DNA from: Mustelus asterias | Lineage: Eukaryota | Direction of reading: 5' to 3' | Assembly (NCBI RefSeq): GCF_964213995.1 | Contig: NC_135802.1 | Span: 107,074,001-107,138,000, forward strand | Length of the DNA: 64,000 nt | Shown: one piece after another, positions 48,926 through 61,068 of the stretch | Layout of the letters: every line of letters starts with the position of its first letter | How positions within the stretch are numbered: position 1 is the stretch's first letter | The notes under the pieces: model-generated | What the model saw: the letters and a program-made list of their open reading frames with translations, nothing else | Databases searched by the model: none | Told to the model about the DNA's origin: nothing | Position numbers and translations under genes: made by a program

Positions 48926-51257
48926 ACAAAAAAAACATCTTACGTATTTGCCTGGATTGGGGAACCCCTGTCAGTTTCTAACTTGTAGGCGTTGGGTCGT
49001 AATTCATTTTCACTGTTACTTATAAAGAGCAGGGCGCTTTCTACTGCTTGCTGCTGGCACTCACTCCACATCTAGACTCACGGTGCAAGGATTTACAACG
49101 ATGTGACTGCTGGCCTGGAGTTGCAATTGTTTCATCATTAAGCAGGGAAATAATGGAAAGGACTTTTATTGCACACTGTATTACTGGTTTTGTGCGAAGG
49201 CCAGTGTCGCTTTCTTTATCAGCCTGCTACTGTATTCTGTGTGTAGAGAAGGCGATATTTCCTTATTAAAAACAAACCGCACGGGCAGATAGTGACACAT
49301 TGTCGATAACTTGTCGCTATTAAACAAGCCTTTACACGACATAATGGTAGCTTACTAGGAGAGGTGTCCTTAGCCCCAAAGCACAATGAGAGAAGCTGGC
49401 CCGGTGCCTCAGAGATACAAGCTTTGAGACCGCACTCGATGACTCATGGCGACGGCGATTGCCCTCAAATGCTGAAAGGCAGCCCTTGGTTTACGGGGTA
49501 CGGGGGGTGAGGGGGGGGGGGGGGTACGGACCTCTCACGGAATATTCGGGTCAGCCGCATCAATTAAAAAAACCTTGCTTCGGCGGGGGGAAGGGGGAGA
49601 AGTATTTTTGCAGGCTGATAACTGAAAACTACAAAAGGCATTTTGTCGTTGTTGAAAGCGATTGAATGCACATTTCTTCAGCAGCCAGTTTCCGCTCCCG
49701 AGACAGTGAAGAAAGATGGCGGAACTGATTGTTACAGTAAAGCTGCTCATTTGTTCTAACTCACCAGCATATGGGAACAGGGGCGACAACAGGAAAGGAT
49801 CATTTCTAATTGCCGCCTAATATATGTCGAAGAACCAATTTCCATGGCATATCGGTAAAGTTACCATTGTGAACAGAAAGGAGAGATTTTTTTAAAATAT
49901 AATCCGCAAAAATCTTTCCTGTTTTTTTTATTTCTTATTGATTTGCAATTCATTTCTGTGCTCGTTTTGTCTGTTTAAGGACAATCACTTGGAATTAAAA
50001 CTGGAGCTTTCCTGAACTTAAGTCCATTGTTCAGAGAGTGTAGTTTTTATATTTTACACATTTTTCGGTGTGAAACATATATTGGGAAATACTTGCTGTG
50101 ACTTGCTCTTTGCGGCAAATTGTTTTTTTTTGCGAATTTCACGATTACTACAGTTAGGTGATTGGTGAAAAGTCACTCAGAAATATTTCACAAATCTTAA
50201 GCGAGCAGTTGCTTTCATTGTAAATTGTCAAATCTCATAAAGGCTAAAGGTACACCGAAATAAACCCAGTGTTCCACGCGTGGCCGCCATTCCACAATGC
50301 TTTCTCTTACAGTAGGGCTAGAATCCACCGTTTGTCATAATTAACTAATCCGAGTAAATTACTGTATCCAACCCTGATCCACGTCACTCTGTAATGTGCA
50401 AAAGATTGATCTCAAATCACCACCAACCCTGAACTGCTCTAAGAGGACTCTACAGGAAGCTGACAGATGGGCGGCAGCGTTTTCCAATCGACCACGTTTG
50501 GTTACATTATGTCTCAGCCAAGGGAGTTATTATTCATATCTGTGTGGAAAAAAAACCCTCTGATTCCCGCTGCAAGCAGAATAAATAGGCAGGCAGCCAA
50601 TATAATATAGAAGACTCTTTGGCTGCCTGTAGCCCTATAGTGAGGGGATGCTCCCGCCAGCCTGTGTTCGATTGAAGGGGCTGCTCATTTCCATGCCAAT
50701 AGCGAGGAAGCTGAGGACAGGCAAAGGCCAGGCCTTGATAGGCTGTTGCATGCTTCCTTGTGACATTATTGCACAGTGAAGGCATGGCGCCTCCTTTTAC
50801 AAGCGCACACCATATCACATACTGCTTAAATACAAATCTTCACATCAGAAACCTCTTCGCCCAATCAATCATCTTGCCCTTTTGTTTTGAGGGTCGCCTT
50901 GAGAGCGATGTTGTACTGGTTGGGGTATAATCAGTTCAGGACATGCACAGGGTATCTTGTGCCTGAAGAAAATCTGAGCTATGCCACAGTTACCTGTATT
51001 GTCTTTAAAGAAAGTGCACAAAGTGGTCTGACACATAACAGATTCCTTTTGCATAGCTTTTCCCCGACAAATAAGTATTACCCAGCTCTGCTGGCGGGGC
51101 GGGGGAGGGGGGGGGGGGGACACGCCGCTCACACACAATACTACCGCAGACATTACACAGGAACATGCATGCCCTTTTCACGGTGGAGTAATGCCATTCC
51201 TATAACTCTTCTCTAATGTTCCGGCTGTTAGGTATTTAATCCAGCGGCTGTTCTTAC

Positions 51258-51525
51258 CTGACAGAGCGGCTGCTGTGCGGGAGGAGACGGGATAAATTCT
51301 CCCCCATTGTGGACGCGCGGTTCGCGGTAACTCTCCTGGCATTTGCAGATCCGAAAGAAAGAGTACGTGCACCTTGAATACATTCCTGCGGCATTCTGCC
51401 GGGCATGCTTTGAAGTGTAATGCATTTGTGGGCGAATAATGCGCGTAACCTTGATGGAAGAGCGTTTGTAATTTAAATGCCACTAAAACACTCATCGATC
51501 ACCAGCAAAAGCATGCAAACTTCGC
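51258..51525 (-). ncRNA. Putative first exon of a HOTAIRM1-like antisense lncRNA
   Basis: The minus strand reads AAGTTTGC...GTGATCGATGAGTGTTTTAGTGGCATTTAAAT, resembling the recalled 5' end of human HOTAIRM1. It is divergent from HoxA1 and has a minus-strand donor CAG|GTAAGA at 51258/51257. Confidence 0.5.
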
Positions 51526-51529
51526 AGGG

Positions 51530-51681
51530 AAGGCGGCGATTGGACGGATTGGATCACGTGGCGACACTTCACTGTATATTGATATCATTTTGTTTCATCC
51601 CCATTGAGGAAGTGGGCAAGTTGGCACGGTCCATCCAGGTTGGTGGACTGTCACTTTATATGCTGGTTACTCCAGTGACAG
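51530..51681 (+). promoter_or_regulatory. HoxA1 promoter/5' leader (probably bidirectional)
   Basis: Two ATTGG boxes (51539, 51548), CACGTG 51555, and TGACAG abutting the ATG. Confidence 0.75.
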
Positions 51682-52306
51682 ATGGACAATGCAAGGATGA
51701 ACTCCTTTCTAGACTATTCCATCATTAACGGAGAAACTGGGACCTGCTCCTCCAGAAGTTACCATGTAGATCCAGGAATTACAACTTATCAGTCTTGTGC
51801 CGTTAACAATAATAACTGCAACGCTGATGACCGCTATCTCGTGAGCAGAAGCGTCCAAATAGGCGCTCCTCCTCCTTCTCATCACCATCACCAGACTAGC
51901 TACACACATCACAACAACCTGGGCATCTCCTACAGTGCCCACCCCAACTGTGGGGCAGGATACCCAGCCCAGAGCTTTAACACAGGCTACAGTCATTACT
52001 CACTTAATCAAGAGACGGATGGCAACGGAGGATACCCTCAGTGTGCTCCTGCTGTCTACCCTGGAAACATTGCCTCAGCTATCAGCCCTCATAACCACGG
52101 CTATGGCGGGATGGTGGGGCCAGGCCAATATTCCCATCACCCTTACGGGCAGGAACAGCAGAGTTTAGCCCTGGCTGCGGGTTGTCACCCTCTGTCACCC
52201 GTCCATGGTAGTCACCAGGAAGCCTGCTGCTCCCCGTCTGCAGAGACCCCTCCCCCAGCACAAACCTTTGACTGGATGAAGGTGAAGAGGAATCCTCCAA
52301 AAACAG
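51682..52306 (+). CDS. hoxa1: HoxA1 coding exon 1
   Basis: [13 protein letters not shown]-terminus. Hexapeptide [14 protein letters not shown]. Donor CAG|GTAAAT at 52306/52307. Confidence 0.96.
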
Positions 52307-52745
52307 GTAAATTCTCTATTCCAGGTACATTCCTTCCTACAGGTAACTCTAAGGTCGAAAACCGATACTAATGAGAAGGTCGAGGAAAGCGATTATAAAG
52401 CGTGTCAGACTCGAGTTTTGCAAAAATCTTAATCTGTTGCATGTTGTTCAAGCTGATTTGATGGCCGCACCTTTCGCCTACATTGTCCTGTTCTTTGATC
52501 TATCCTTTTCCTCCCTGTCTTATCAGCATTATGTGAAGCATAATTTAAACATCAGCTAGCTGATGACATGTAACAGTTGTAGAGTAATCCTTTCAGGCTT
52601 TCCTGACAAGACATTTCTAAACTACTGAAAGGGTAATGATTGATTATCAATGCAGTAAAACTAGCCCAGCAGTTGTCGCATTCTATCTTTTAAATCCTCT
52701 TGACTTACCTGCTTTGTGATCATTTTTTTGTGCCCCCCGATTTAG

Positions 52746-53098
52746 GAAAGGCTGGAGAGTTTGGTTTTGCCGGTCAGCCAAATACGGTGAGAACCAATTT
52801 CACCACCAAACAACTCACGGAGCTTGAGAAAGAGTTCCACTTCAACAAGTACTTAACCCGGGCCAGGCGGGTGGAAATCTCTGCTGCTCTTCAGCTCAAC
52901 GAGACGCAAGTCAAAATCTGGTTCCAGAATCGGCGGATGAAGCAGAAGAAGCGAGAAAAGGAAGGCCTGACCTCAGTTTCCCCGGCCACACCTGGGAGCG
53001 AAGCAACCACAGAAGATACCTCAGACAAATCAAACTCTACCTCATCCACTCCTTCCCCATCCTCATCTACCTCAGAAACTATTAATACTTCAGGATGA
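52746..53098 (+). CDS. hoxa1: HoxA1 coding exon 2 (homeodomain)
   Basis: Acceptor atttag|[37 protein letters not shown] is a PG1 homeodomain. Spliced CDS 978 nt = 325 aa. Confidence 0.96.
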
Positions 53099-53968
53099 GA
53101 CATTCCGAAAGCAGTCCCAAAGTGGGATGCTAGCCCGTTGAAGTTGGAAGGGAAAGATGTAATGCGATAGAAAATCCTAGGAAACAAACCAAAAAGAAAC
53201 TTATTTTGTCTGGAAAAGAACAAGATCTGGCAATCTCTAGGCGAACCAGAGATGCACTATCATCGAAGTGTTTACACTAAGAACCAACTACTGTATAATA
53301 TTATTGTCCTATTTTAATTTAATGTGTTGCATATATATTGTAAGCTGCGCTGGTTGTATATATTTTGTCAAGAGTTTTATCTTTTTACGAGTATTTTCTA
53401 AAAACAAAATAATACTGAAAGCCAGGGTCAAGCGACCATTATATGATATAGATGCAGAGTTTTTATAAGCAAAATGTGATTAATGAATCGAAGTGCAAGT
53501 GAGAAATTTCTTGTACTTTCAGCAAGGTGAGCTGAGTAGATAGGGGAGCTCTCCTTATGCTGCGGAAGGTTGTATGTACAGAAATGACCGTACACTTCAT
53601 TGCACTGGGCTATGTTAAATTTGAACGATATGAGATATGTGTCCCCCTGCTAAAAGTACGTGGATTGTCTTAAGACCAGCAGTAGCACCTTGTTAAAATA
53701 CCTCAAAATGATCACGTTTACTCCGATATCTGTTGGACTTGATGTCATGAGCTACCTGTTAATGTAATTTATAGCCAAACGGTTGTTTTCCTTGTGGTTT
53801 GTTGATGAAATTTTTGCATGATGCAATGCTGTCAGTGTGTACCTACCCATTACTGAGTTTTATCAGTTTTACTGTGTGACTAGATGTATTATACAATCAG
53901 CACGTGATTTGAATCAGTTCTGAGATTTTCTGTGGCTGAAATTCAGAACAGAATTTACGGGTCCAAAT

Positions 53969-53974
53969 AATAAA
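53969..53974 (+). terminator. Candidate HoxA1 polyadenylation signal
   Basis: AATAAA followed by ATTAAA (53979), about 870 nt after the stop. Confidence 0.55.
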
Positions 53975-55869
53975 TTCTATTAAAATGCTGCGCTTCTCTA
54001 TGATAATCAAGCGTATGGCCCTTTCTCTTCCGTGTCTATTAGCTTGCATATTCACTAACTGTGTCCCAAACTTTATCCCCCTTCAGAGTCAGGACACCTT
54101 TTCCATCATACGCACTTCATTTATTTCAGATTTTTAATAGATAAGACAGGAAGAAAGAGCGAAAATCATCAGGTTTCAGTGAGGCTAATGCTGGCTGCTT
54201 CAAGCAAGTTGAACTTAAAGTCAAATGGGACAAGTTTTCTGCTTATAGCAAAGACCTGCGGGTCTTTAAAGAAGCTTTTAAAGCAATGTTAAATGCTACA
54301 TCTAAACACTGACCTTTTCACCTTGAATGGCTCATTTACATACATGTAAACAAAGCGCCCTCCCAACGACAGTCATTGTCATCAGCTAGCTTTGCTTGAG
54401 ATTTTGCAACAAATCATTTACTGATTTCACATAAATATACTCGATCAAGCGAAGTGTAAAAAAATGAAAAAAATAGGATTATCAAATCAACATTCTGACC
54501 CAATCTCCTAATATCGCTTTGAGTGAGCAAAACGCTGACACCGCGTGACCAGAATGTCACTGACATTTGCTTCAGAATCAACATGATTAGATGCAGTTTG
54601 GTGTCAATAGCAAAAGTCGATGGTGTTTTAGGGCACGGCGGCCATATCAAGGGAGACGTCTGCTATAGAGCTGTCTGCCTCGGGAAGATGGTAGCCGATG
54701 CAAAAGAACTTCAAAGAAGCCTCCAACTTCTGCCTTATTTGATACTCAGCGTTTCCAGTATTACTTTCTATTGACCAAAGGAAACCGCTTGGGCAAAGTC
54801 AAAACTCAAAGGCAAGGAAGCAATATCTTTGCTGCACACACATCTGATTCTTTCCAAACTGTTGGAGTGGATGTTCAGTTTGCCATCCACTCTCTTAATT
54901 GCAGTACGTTAAAGACACCTAGAGTTTAAAAGATATGAAAAGAAGTGGTAAGACAACTTCAGATAAAAGGCAAAAATAAAGATTAGCATTTATGTGGCGC
55001 CTCTCACTACCATCGGAGGCCCCATTGAAGTATTTTTGAGGTGTGAAGTAGCCAGAAAATGAAATGAATCTAAATAGCCTGGATATACAAGTTTCGAAGT
55101 AGAACATTTTAGATGTTGTGCAATATTTCATTTCTAAAAGTTCAATTGGAGTTATGAGGGGCTTCCATACAAACTCTTACAAAGTGTTTGGGTCAGATAT
55201 CATTAAATTTCAAGGTCTCCGCTACTACATAGGGTATAATGCCTCGCCATCTGTTGCTCGTGTTTAGGTGTAAAATCCAATCGCCCTAGAATACATTTGC
55301 TTTCTCACTCGGCGCATCACAGTCCCCGTTACTATAAACATTCAGTACCACTTGATGGAAAAAAAGGGAAACAGTTTCTTCCTTGCCTTTTCGGACCTCA
55401 TCAATTAATGTACCGATCAGTTCATATATATCTTGGAAGGTGAAAGTTTTTTAAAAAACTATCATAGGAGCACGGTAGCCTTGAGATCACTTATGATTTA
55501 CTGGTAACATGACATCAAATTGCAGCAGATCTTAACTGCGCTTTCAAAGCTTTCAAGTTGAGGTGGAATTTATATTCAGAAAGAATCATGGTGACAATCG
55601 AAACTTGCCGTAATGTCCTGTGGAAAACTGATTCAATCATCTAACATCTAACACCGAATGTTGAATGAGTTTGATTTTGTTTGTCATTCTATTAACCCTT
55701 GGAAACACACTTTACATCACATCACTTATATATAGACTTGATCTACCATGAGTACGGTTGCCTTCTTCGAAGCTTTTTTAAAATAATAAATCAGCGATTT
55801 AGCTGGAATATCTCACCCTAAAGTGAGATGATCGCCCGCAATGTTCATTCCATTCGTAGATGCACCCTT

Positions 55870-56040
55870 TTGGATTTACCTTTTCCAATGTAGAGTCTCT
55901 GCATTTTCCTCCAGGGCAATCAGATTAACGCTGATCAATATTTACTCAGTGTGAAAGGCTGACTGAAAACTCCACAGCTAAGAAACTGTTCCACTCTGCC
56001 TGCCCAGCCCTGCTTAATTTCCAGTTCACCCAAAGTTCAA
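55870..56040 (+). promoter_or_regulatory. HoxA1 3' retinoic-acid enhancer (DR5 RARE and adjacent block)
   Basis: AGTTCA-cccaa-AGTTCA at 56023-56039, about 2.9 kb 3' of the stop, equivalent to the mouse Hoxa1 3' RARE (GGTTCAccgaaAGTTCA). Confidence 0.88.
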
Positions 56041-56866
56041 GCCGAAATTAATTCAGCGTTGGGGTCATTTTCAAATTAGTCCTCCCCGTTTTCGCTCGAG
56101 GTGAGGGAGGCCAGTTGCAAACTCCAGACATTTTCCTTACACCAGCTATCGTGTAAGCAAACGACGCATAATTACAAAAAAACCTCTCAGAATCCACACC
56201 AAAATGTAGGGTATTAAGCAAATTGTTATCCTTGTTTGAGGTCAAAGTTCATTCTATCACTGAATAAATGAATATTTAATTATACTTTATTGCCCCATTC
56301 TAATGACAGGTCACGTTCTGAGTAATCTTCTCTATAAACATTGACGTCCTAATCGATACAGGGTTTAGTTTTATGACAAAACGGAGACAGAAATGGTCAG
56401 CCACTATTGCAGCACTGAAGAGACTTTTGTCAGTTGATATTGTTTTAATATAACGATTTACTTCGTTGAAAGGTAGCAAATTGCAAAAATTGAGTTATTT
56501 AGTATTCATAAAGGTTCCAGCGGCAACCTACAATGAAAGAGTAGATTGCTAAAAAAAAGTTATCAGAAACGTTTACATATCATACTGGGACCAATTTCCC
56601 CAGACTTTGGGTTTGCGAATGTTTAGTGTCGGTCTAATTTTCGCGGTTACTAACATTCTGAAATATTTGCCGGGATTTTCCGTACTTGCAACGTGTCAGC
56701 GATGAGAGTCAGCATGAAGTATATGTATTACTGTATAAGTTTATGTAAAGGGTCGAATAATATTCAAAGCTGCTAATAAAACAGCTCGATGAGCGACGCT
56801 TTCTGAAAATCAGCTCATATTGAATCGATCTGATTAAAAAATATATTTCAGTGAACCAGTTATACC

Positions 56867-57010
56867 TAGAAACATACATAGAAAATAGAAGCACGAGTAG
56901 GCCATTCGGCCCTTCGAGCCTGCTCCGCCATTCATTATGACTACGTCTGATCATTAAATTCAATACCCTGATCCCACCTTCCCTCCATATCCCTTGATCC
57001 CTTTAGCCCC
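56867..57010 (-). mobile_element. 3' tail of a CR1-clade LINE (elasmobranch HER1/HE1-type)
   Basis: The minus strand reads ...GAATGGCGGAGCAGGCTCGAAGGGCCGAATGGCCTACTCGTGCTTCTATTTTCTATGTATG, the characteristic CR1 3' stem-loop and simple-repeat tail. Confidence 0.8.
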
Positions 57011-60000
57011 AATGTTTCTTGAACGCAATACAATTATGCTGCAAATACCAGTGAACGACCTCTACCTAAAATAGTCAGCTTTTCAACTCGCAATCATTAC
57101 CACTGGACAAATATGCTAGCTAAGGTAGTTTGACAGGATGAAGAAAAGTTTGAAATGAATTGCACACATAAGGCGATGAGGATAATATTAAGGAAATATC
57201 TTGACATTGGATGGGGAAGGAATACATTTCAATTGCTAATAATACAAATAGTTGTGGGCAAAATATTTATGTCTCATCAGGAAACGTGCAGGATAGATTG
57301 AAATCGAAAAGAGGGAATACTATCAAGATCTGGATTATCAAAGCAGAGTTTAAATAGTACAGAATATATACAAATCAGCTTTTCTCTTTTTAATAATTTC
57401 AAGTTCACAAATTAATTCAAGTTTACTTTTAAACAGTTTCAAACACACTTGATTCCAAAAGCGAGGTCTCACATGTTCCTGGGATCAGGAGATTAACAAA
57501 GTCTTATACACTCAGGAAGAGATTCTAACTCTTTTCGCGGATTGTGAGGAATAAGATAAAAGGAATTCGGGAATTTTTGTGGGCCTCGTTTGAAACGGTT
57601 TCAATATTTATCAATGTCGGTCGACATTGTTTGATTGAGTCAGGGAATCGCTGCTGTTGTTCAGAACCTTTTCTTTAAAAAAGTAATGCGCTCTTCTTGT
57701 TTTCACACATTCACTTTAATAACAACAGGCATGAACTATTCAGCAAGTACAGTATTAATCTACACCATAAGACAGCAATTTGTTTCGAAATAATTAACTG
57801 CGTCTATTCACAGGACTATCCAAGTTTTGACCTTTTGATAGTTTTGCCCATAAGGTTAAACAAACGTACTTCGGGTTTGTAAGGGCCGATTCATCATTTT
57901 AAGAGGCCACGCCATGAAGTTAGCAATGCAATAGCTGCTCTCGAGTGATATCTATTATTTTACACTGGGAAACGATAGTCCAGATCAACATTGCATTCAA
58001 AATAATCAAGGAATCAAGTATGGAGATACAGAATTTTCTAAAAAGCCTAAGTACATTTACAAATCAACACCCATTCATATTCTGTCTCTCCTGTCGACAT
58101 ATATACATTGCTAATCAAAAGTAGAAGTGTTCAAACAAGCTCTGCAACCACTTGTACGCAGCGCCTTGCCGAATATTCATATTGACGAAGATGGCATTTT
58201 TGAAGTGCGGCGGAACTTCCTTCATTTACTGATAGAAGATGTAAAATTTATTCAATGATTTCTGTAATAATCGTGAATATAGTCACATGTGCTTATAGAT
58301 ATTTACGTACAACCACAGTATCGGTCTGTCTTTTGTCCTGTAACATTAATGCACAGTTTTCAAATCCAATAATATTGATCGTTAGTTTAAACATAATTTT
58401 CACAGTTAATACCAGGAAGTATGGAGAGGGGAAATCGATATCAGCCAGAATAGCAAATCATATGCACAGTATTCAGCGATACTTCACATAACCGCACGGT
58501 TCACAGCAGAGCCCTGCCATATAAAATCACATCTTCAAAAGCGTTTTCCGCAAAATGAAGACACATTGCTTAGAGGGAAAACAGAATTAGAAATAATTTA
58601 AGATTATGTTTCGTTCCGTTGATGTTAACAGAAACAGGCAAGTCTTCGCTCATTGTGAGATGAGTGGGGGAAAACACTTCTTGTGGCATTACTCTGAAAC
58701 TGGGATCTTTCGATAGTCCCGTTATCAATTAGCCCTGAATCTCTATTTATCATCCAGCGCCATGATGGAGGATGTAGAGGAGACACATCTCTCGATCAAA
58801 ACTTTTCTACGAACGTAAAACTATATTTAAAGATTTCGAAGGTAATTTTGAAAATATTGAGACGGACACAGTAGAAGAAAGTGCTAAGAGAATGTTTACT
58901 ATGGACTTTGTATAGGTGTATTAGAGAAGCTCATTCTTAGCATTATTTCAGCAAGAATCGCACTGCCGTTAAACCAATGCACAAGATTAGAGAATAAAAG
59001 CAGATGACCCGATCTGTTAGACATTTCAGGCTGGGGATGTCTTGTCATGTGACAGCGGGATTAAGCTTTTGGAACAAACTCTTGTCATTCAGGATATGTT
59101 ATCATGAAATGGTCACAGCACACAATATTCCATTCAGCCTTATGCTGTAAATTCCCCATATTGGGCAATTTCCAAACGCTGCAATCTACCTGTCGGTTCT
59201 GTCCAATTCTACCATATATGCTACACCTTCAGCTAAAATTTATTTTAAAAAGAGTAATAACTGAATAAATAAATGAAACCTTCGTGCAAATTAAATATTT
59301 ATTTCAAAAGATGGGATTCCAATTATTTCTGAAAATCAAGATTTCCCCTGACTTCGTTCTTTGAAAATTATACAAGTCAAAAAAATCACCAACACATATA
59401 TAACAAATGCAAGCCTTTCATAATATCCATTGTTTAAAATGCACTAAATGTGAATGACTGTCTTCAGGCCCGCGCTCTGTACGCCTCAGCCCTAAGCGCC
59501 CATCCAGCAGGCAAACCTCATGCAATGAATGCAGGTTTAATTTAAAATATCTCCGGTTGAAAATTATGAATTCGTGATAAGCGACCAATAGCCTGGTCGT
59601 TCCTATATAGTTATCCGCTGGTATCCGGTTTGGCCGCCGTGTTCGGCTCCCGGTCTTGGCTGTTATAAAATAGTCATAAAAGTTTCGCCTGGAGTTGCGG
59701 TAGATCGCGGGGGAAGAGAGGCGATGCTACTTCTTCAATCTAGGCTTATTCACAATCTAAACTGCTGCTCTTGCTTTGGTTCGGCGCCTGGACCGCAGCT
59801 TCACCGCTCACACTTGCACTCGTTTAGAACCAACAGCATCACAAATAATTTGTTGTGCCATTTTTACAAAGAAAAAAACCCTCTAAAAAATACACTTTTT
59901 TCCTCCTCCGTCTGTCTCAGAATTGTGTTCATCTACAAGATTAGGACAGAAATATTTTAAAAAAGGTACTAATGCTGCATTGAACTCTGAAGGAAATCGA

Positions 60001-60947
60001 TGGCATTTACATAGATGGAGCACTCGGTTTCATACACACCGTTTAGAGATATTAACTGGTGATCAACTTGAATGGGTATGTTGAATTGTTTTGCAGTGTA
60101 TCTGCAAATTGTTTACCTTTTAAACGTTTCAGGCCTATTCTTCATTTTGGAAAAAAAATCCAAACGTTTACATACATATATAATAATCCTCCACCGAGAT
60201 CTTCCTTTCGACTTAAAATATAGTTTCGCACATTGAAGGAAATATCAGTGCGAACTGCCCAGAGCTACTTTGAAGTAATTTGAAAGCACTTTAGACATAT
60301 GCCATATTCTGTATATAGGACCAACTACTAATATTCACCGTCAAAACGTGTACGCGGTTGATTTTAAAATCATATTGTGCAAATATGTAAGATTTATGCA
60401 AACGTCCACTATCACCTTCAATGATAAGGGGGTAGGAATGAAAGCAAGCTTTATAAATTGGAACTCAGTGAGTTCATTAACTTTATCATCAGACCTAACA
60501 TGTGCCCTTTAAAAATAAGGTGAGGCATTGTGGTGAACAGAATATTCATTAGGAAGCATACTTTACTTGCAAAAGGGCATAAATCCGAAAGATGTTTTTC
60601 TCTTATCCGTGCATAACTTGTACCCAAGTGCGAGGTTGTTGTCAATATTTTTTCCTAGCCCTGGGTGCCAATCAGTATTTAAACTGAACTATCAAGCTGG
60701 TATATAGAGTATACCTGAGGGAATGGCCTGAGAGAAACTACAATTCATTGTAGGGGCTCAGATGGCACAGAACAACAAAAAGATGACTGACTTGGTTTCT
60801 CAGCATAATTGAAGCCTAGTGTTGAAGTACAATAGATAGCTATAGTAGATAGGGGTTAAATTACTGAGGGAGGAGTGGGGATGGGGTGGGGTGGGAGGGG
60901 AATCCTGGAAAGGGTCATTCAAAAGCAATGAGAAAATTGTTGAGCAA

Positions 60948-61068
60948 AAGCAAAATATTGCAGGTGCTGAAAATCTGAAACAAAGACAGAAAATGCTGGA
61001 AAAACTCAGTAGGTCTGGAGAAAGAGAAACAGAGTTAATGTTTCAAGGCCATATGGCACCTCTTCAGT
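60948..61068. mobile_element. Fragment of the same Penelope-like terminal repeat family
   Basis: AATCTGAAACAAAGACAGAAAATGCTGGAAAAACTCAG...GAGAAACAGAGTTAATGTTTCA is homologous to 39406 onward and 63676 onward. Confidence 0.7.

Noticed and set aside
49713-49722. YY1 consensus AAGATGGCGG (similar at about 35406 and 46504)
   Set aside because: Isolated short motifs; not enough to call functional elements.
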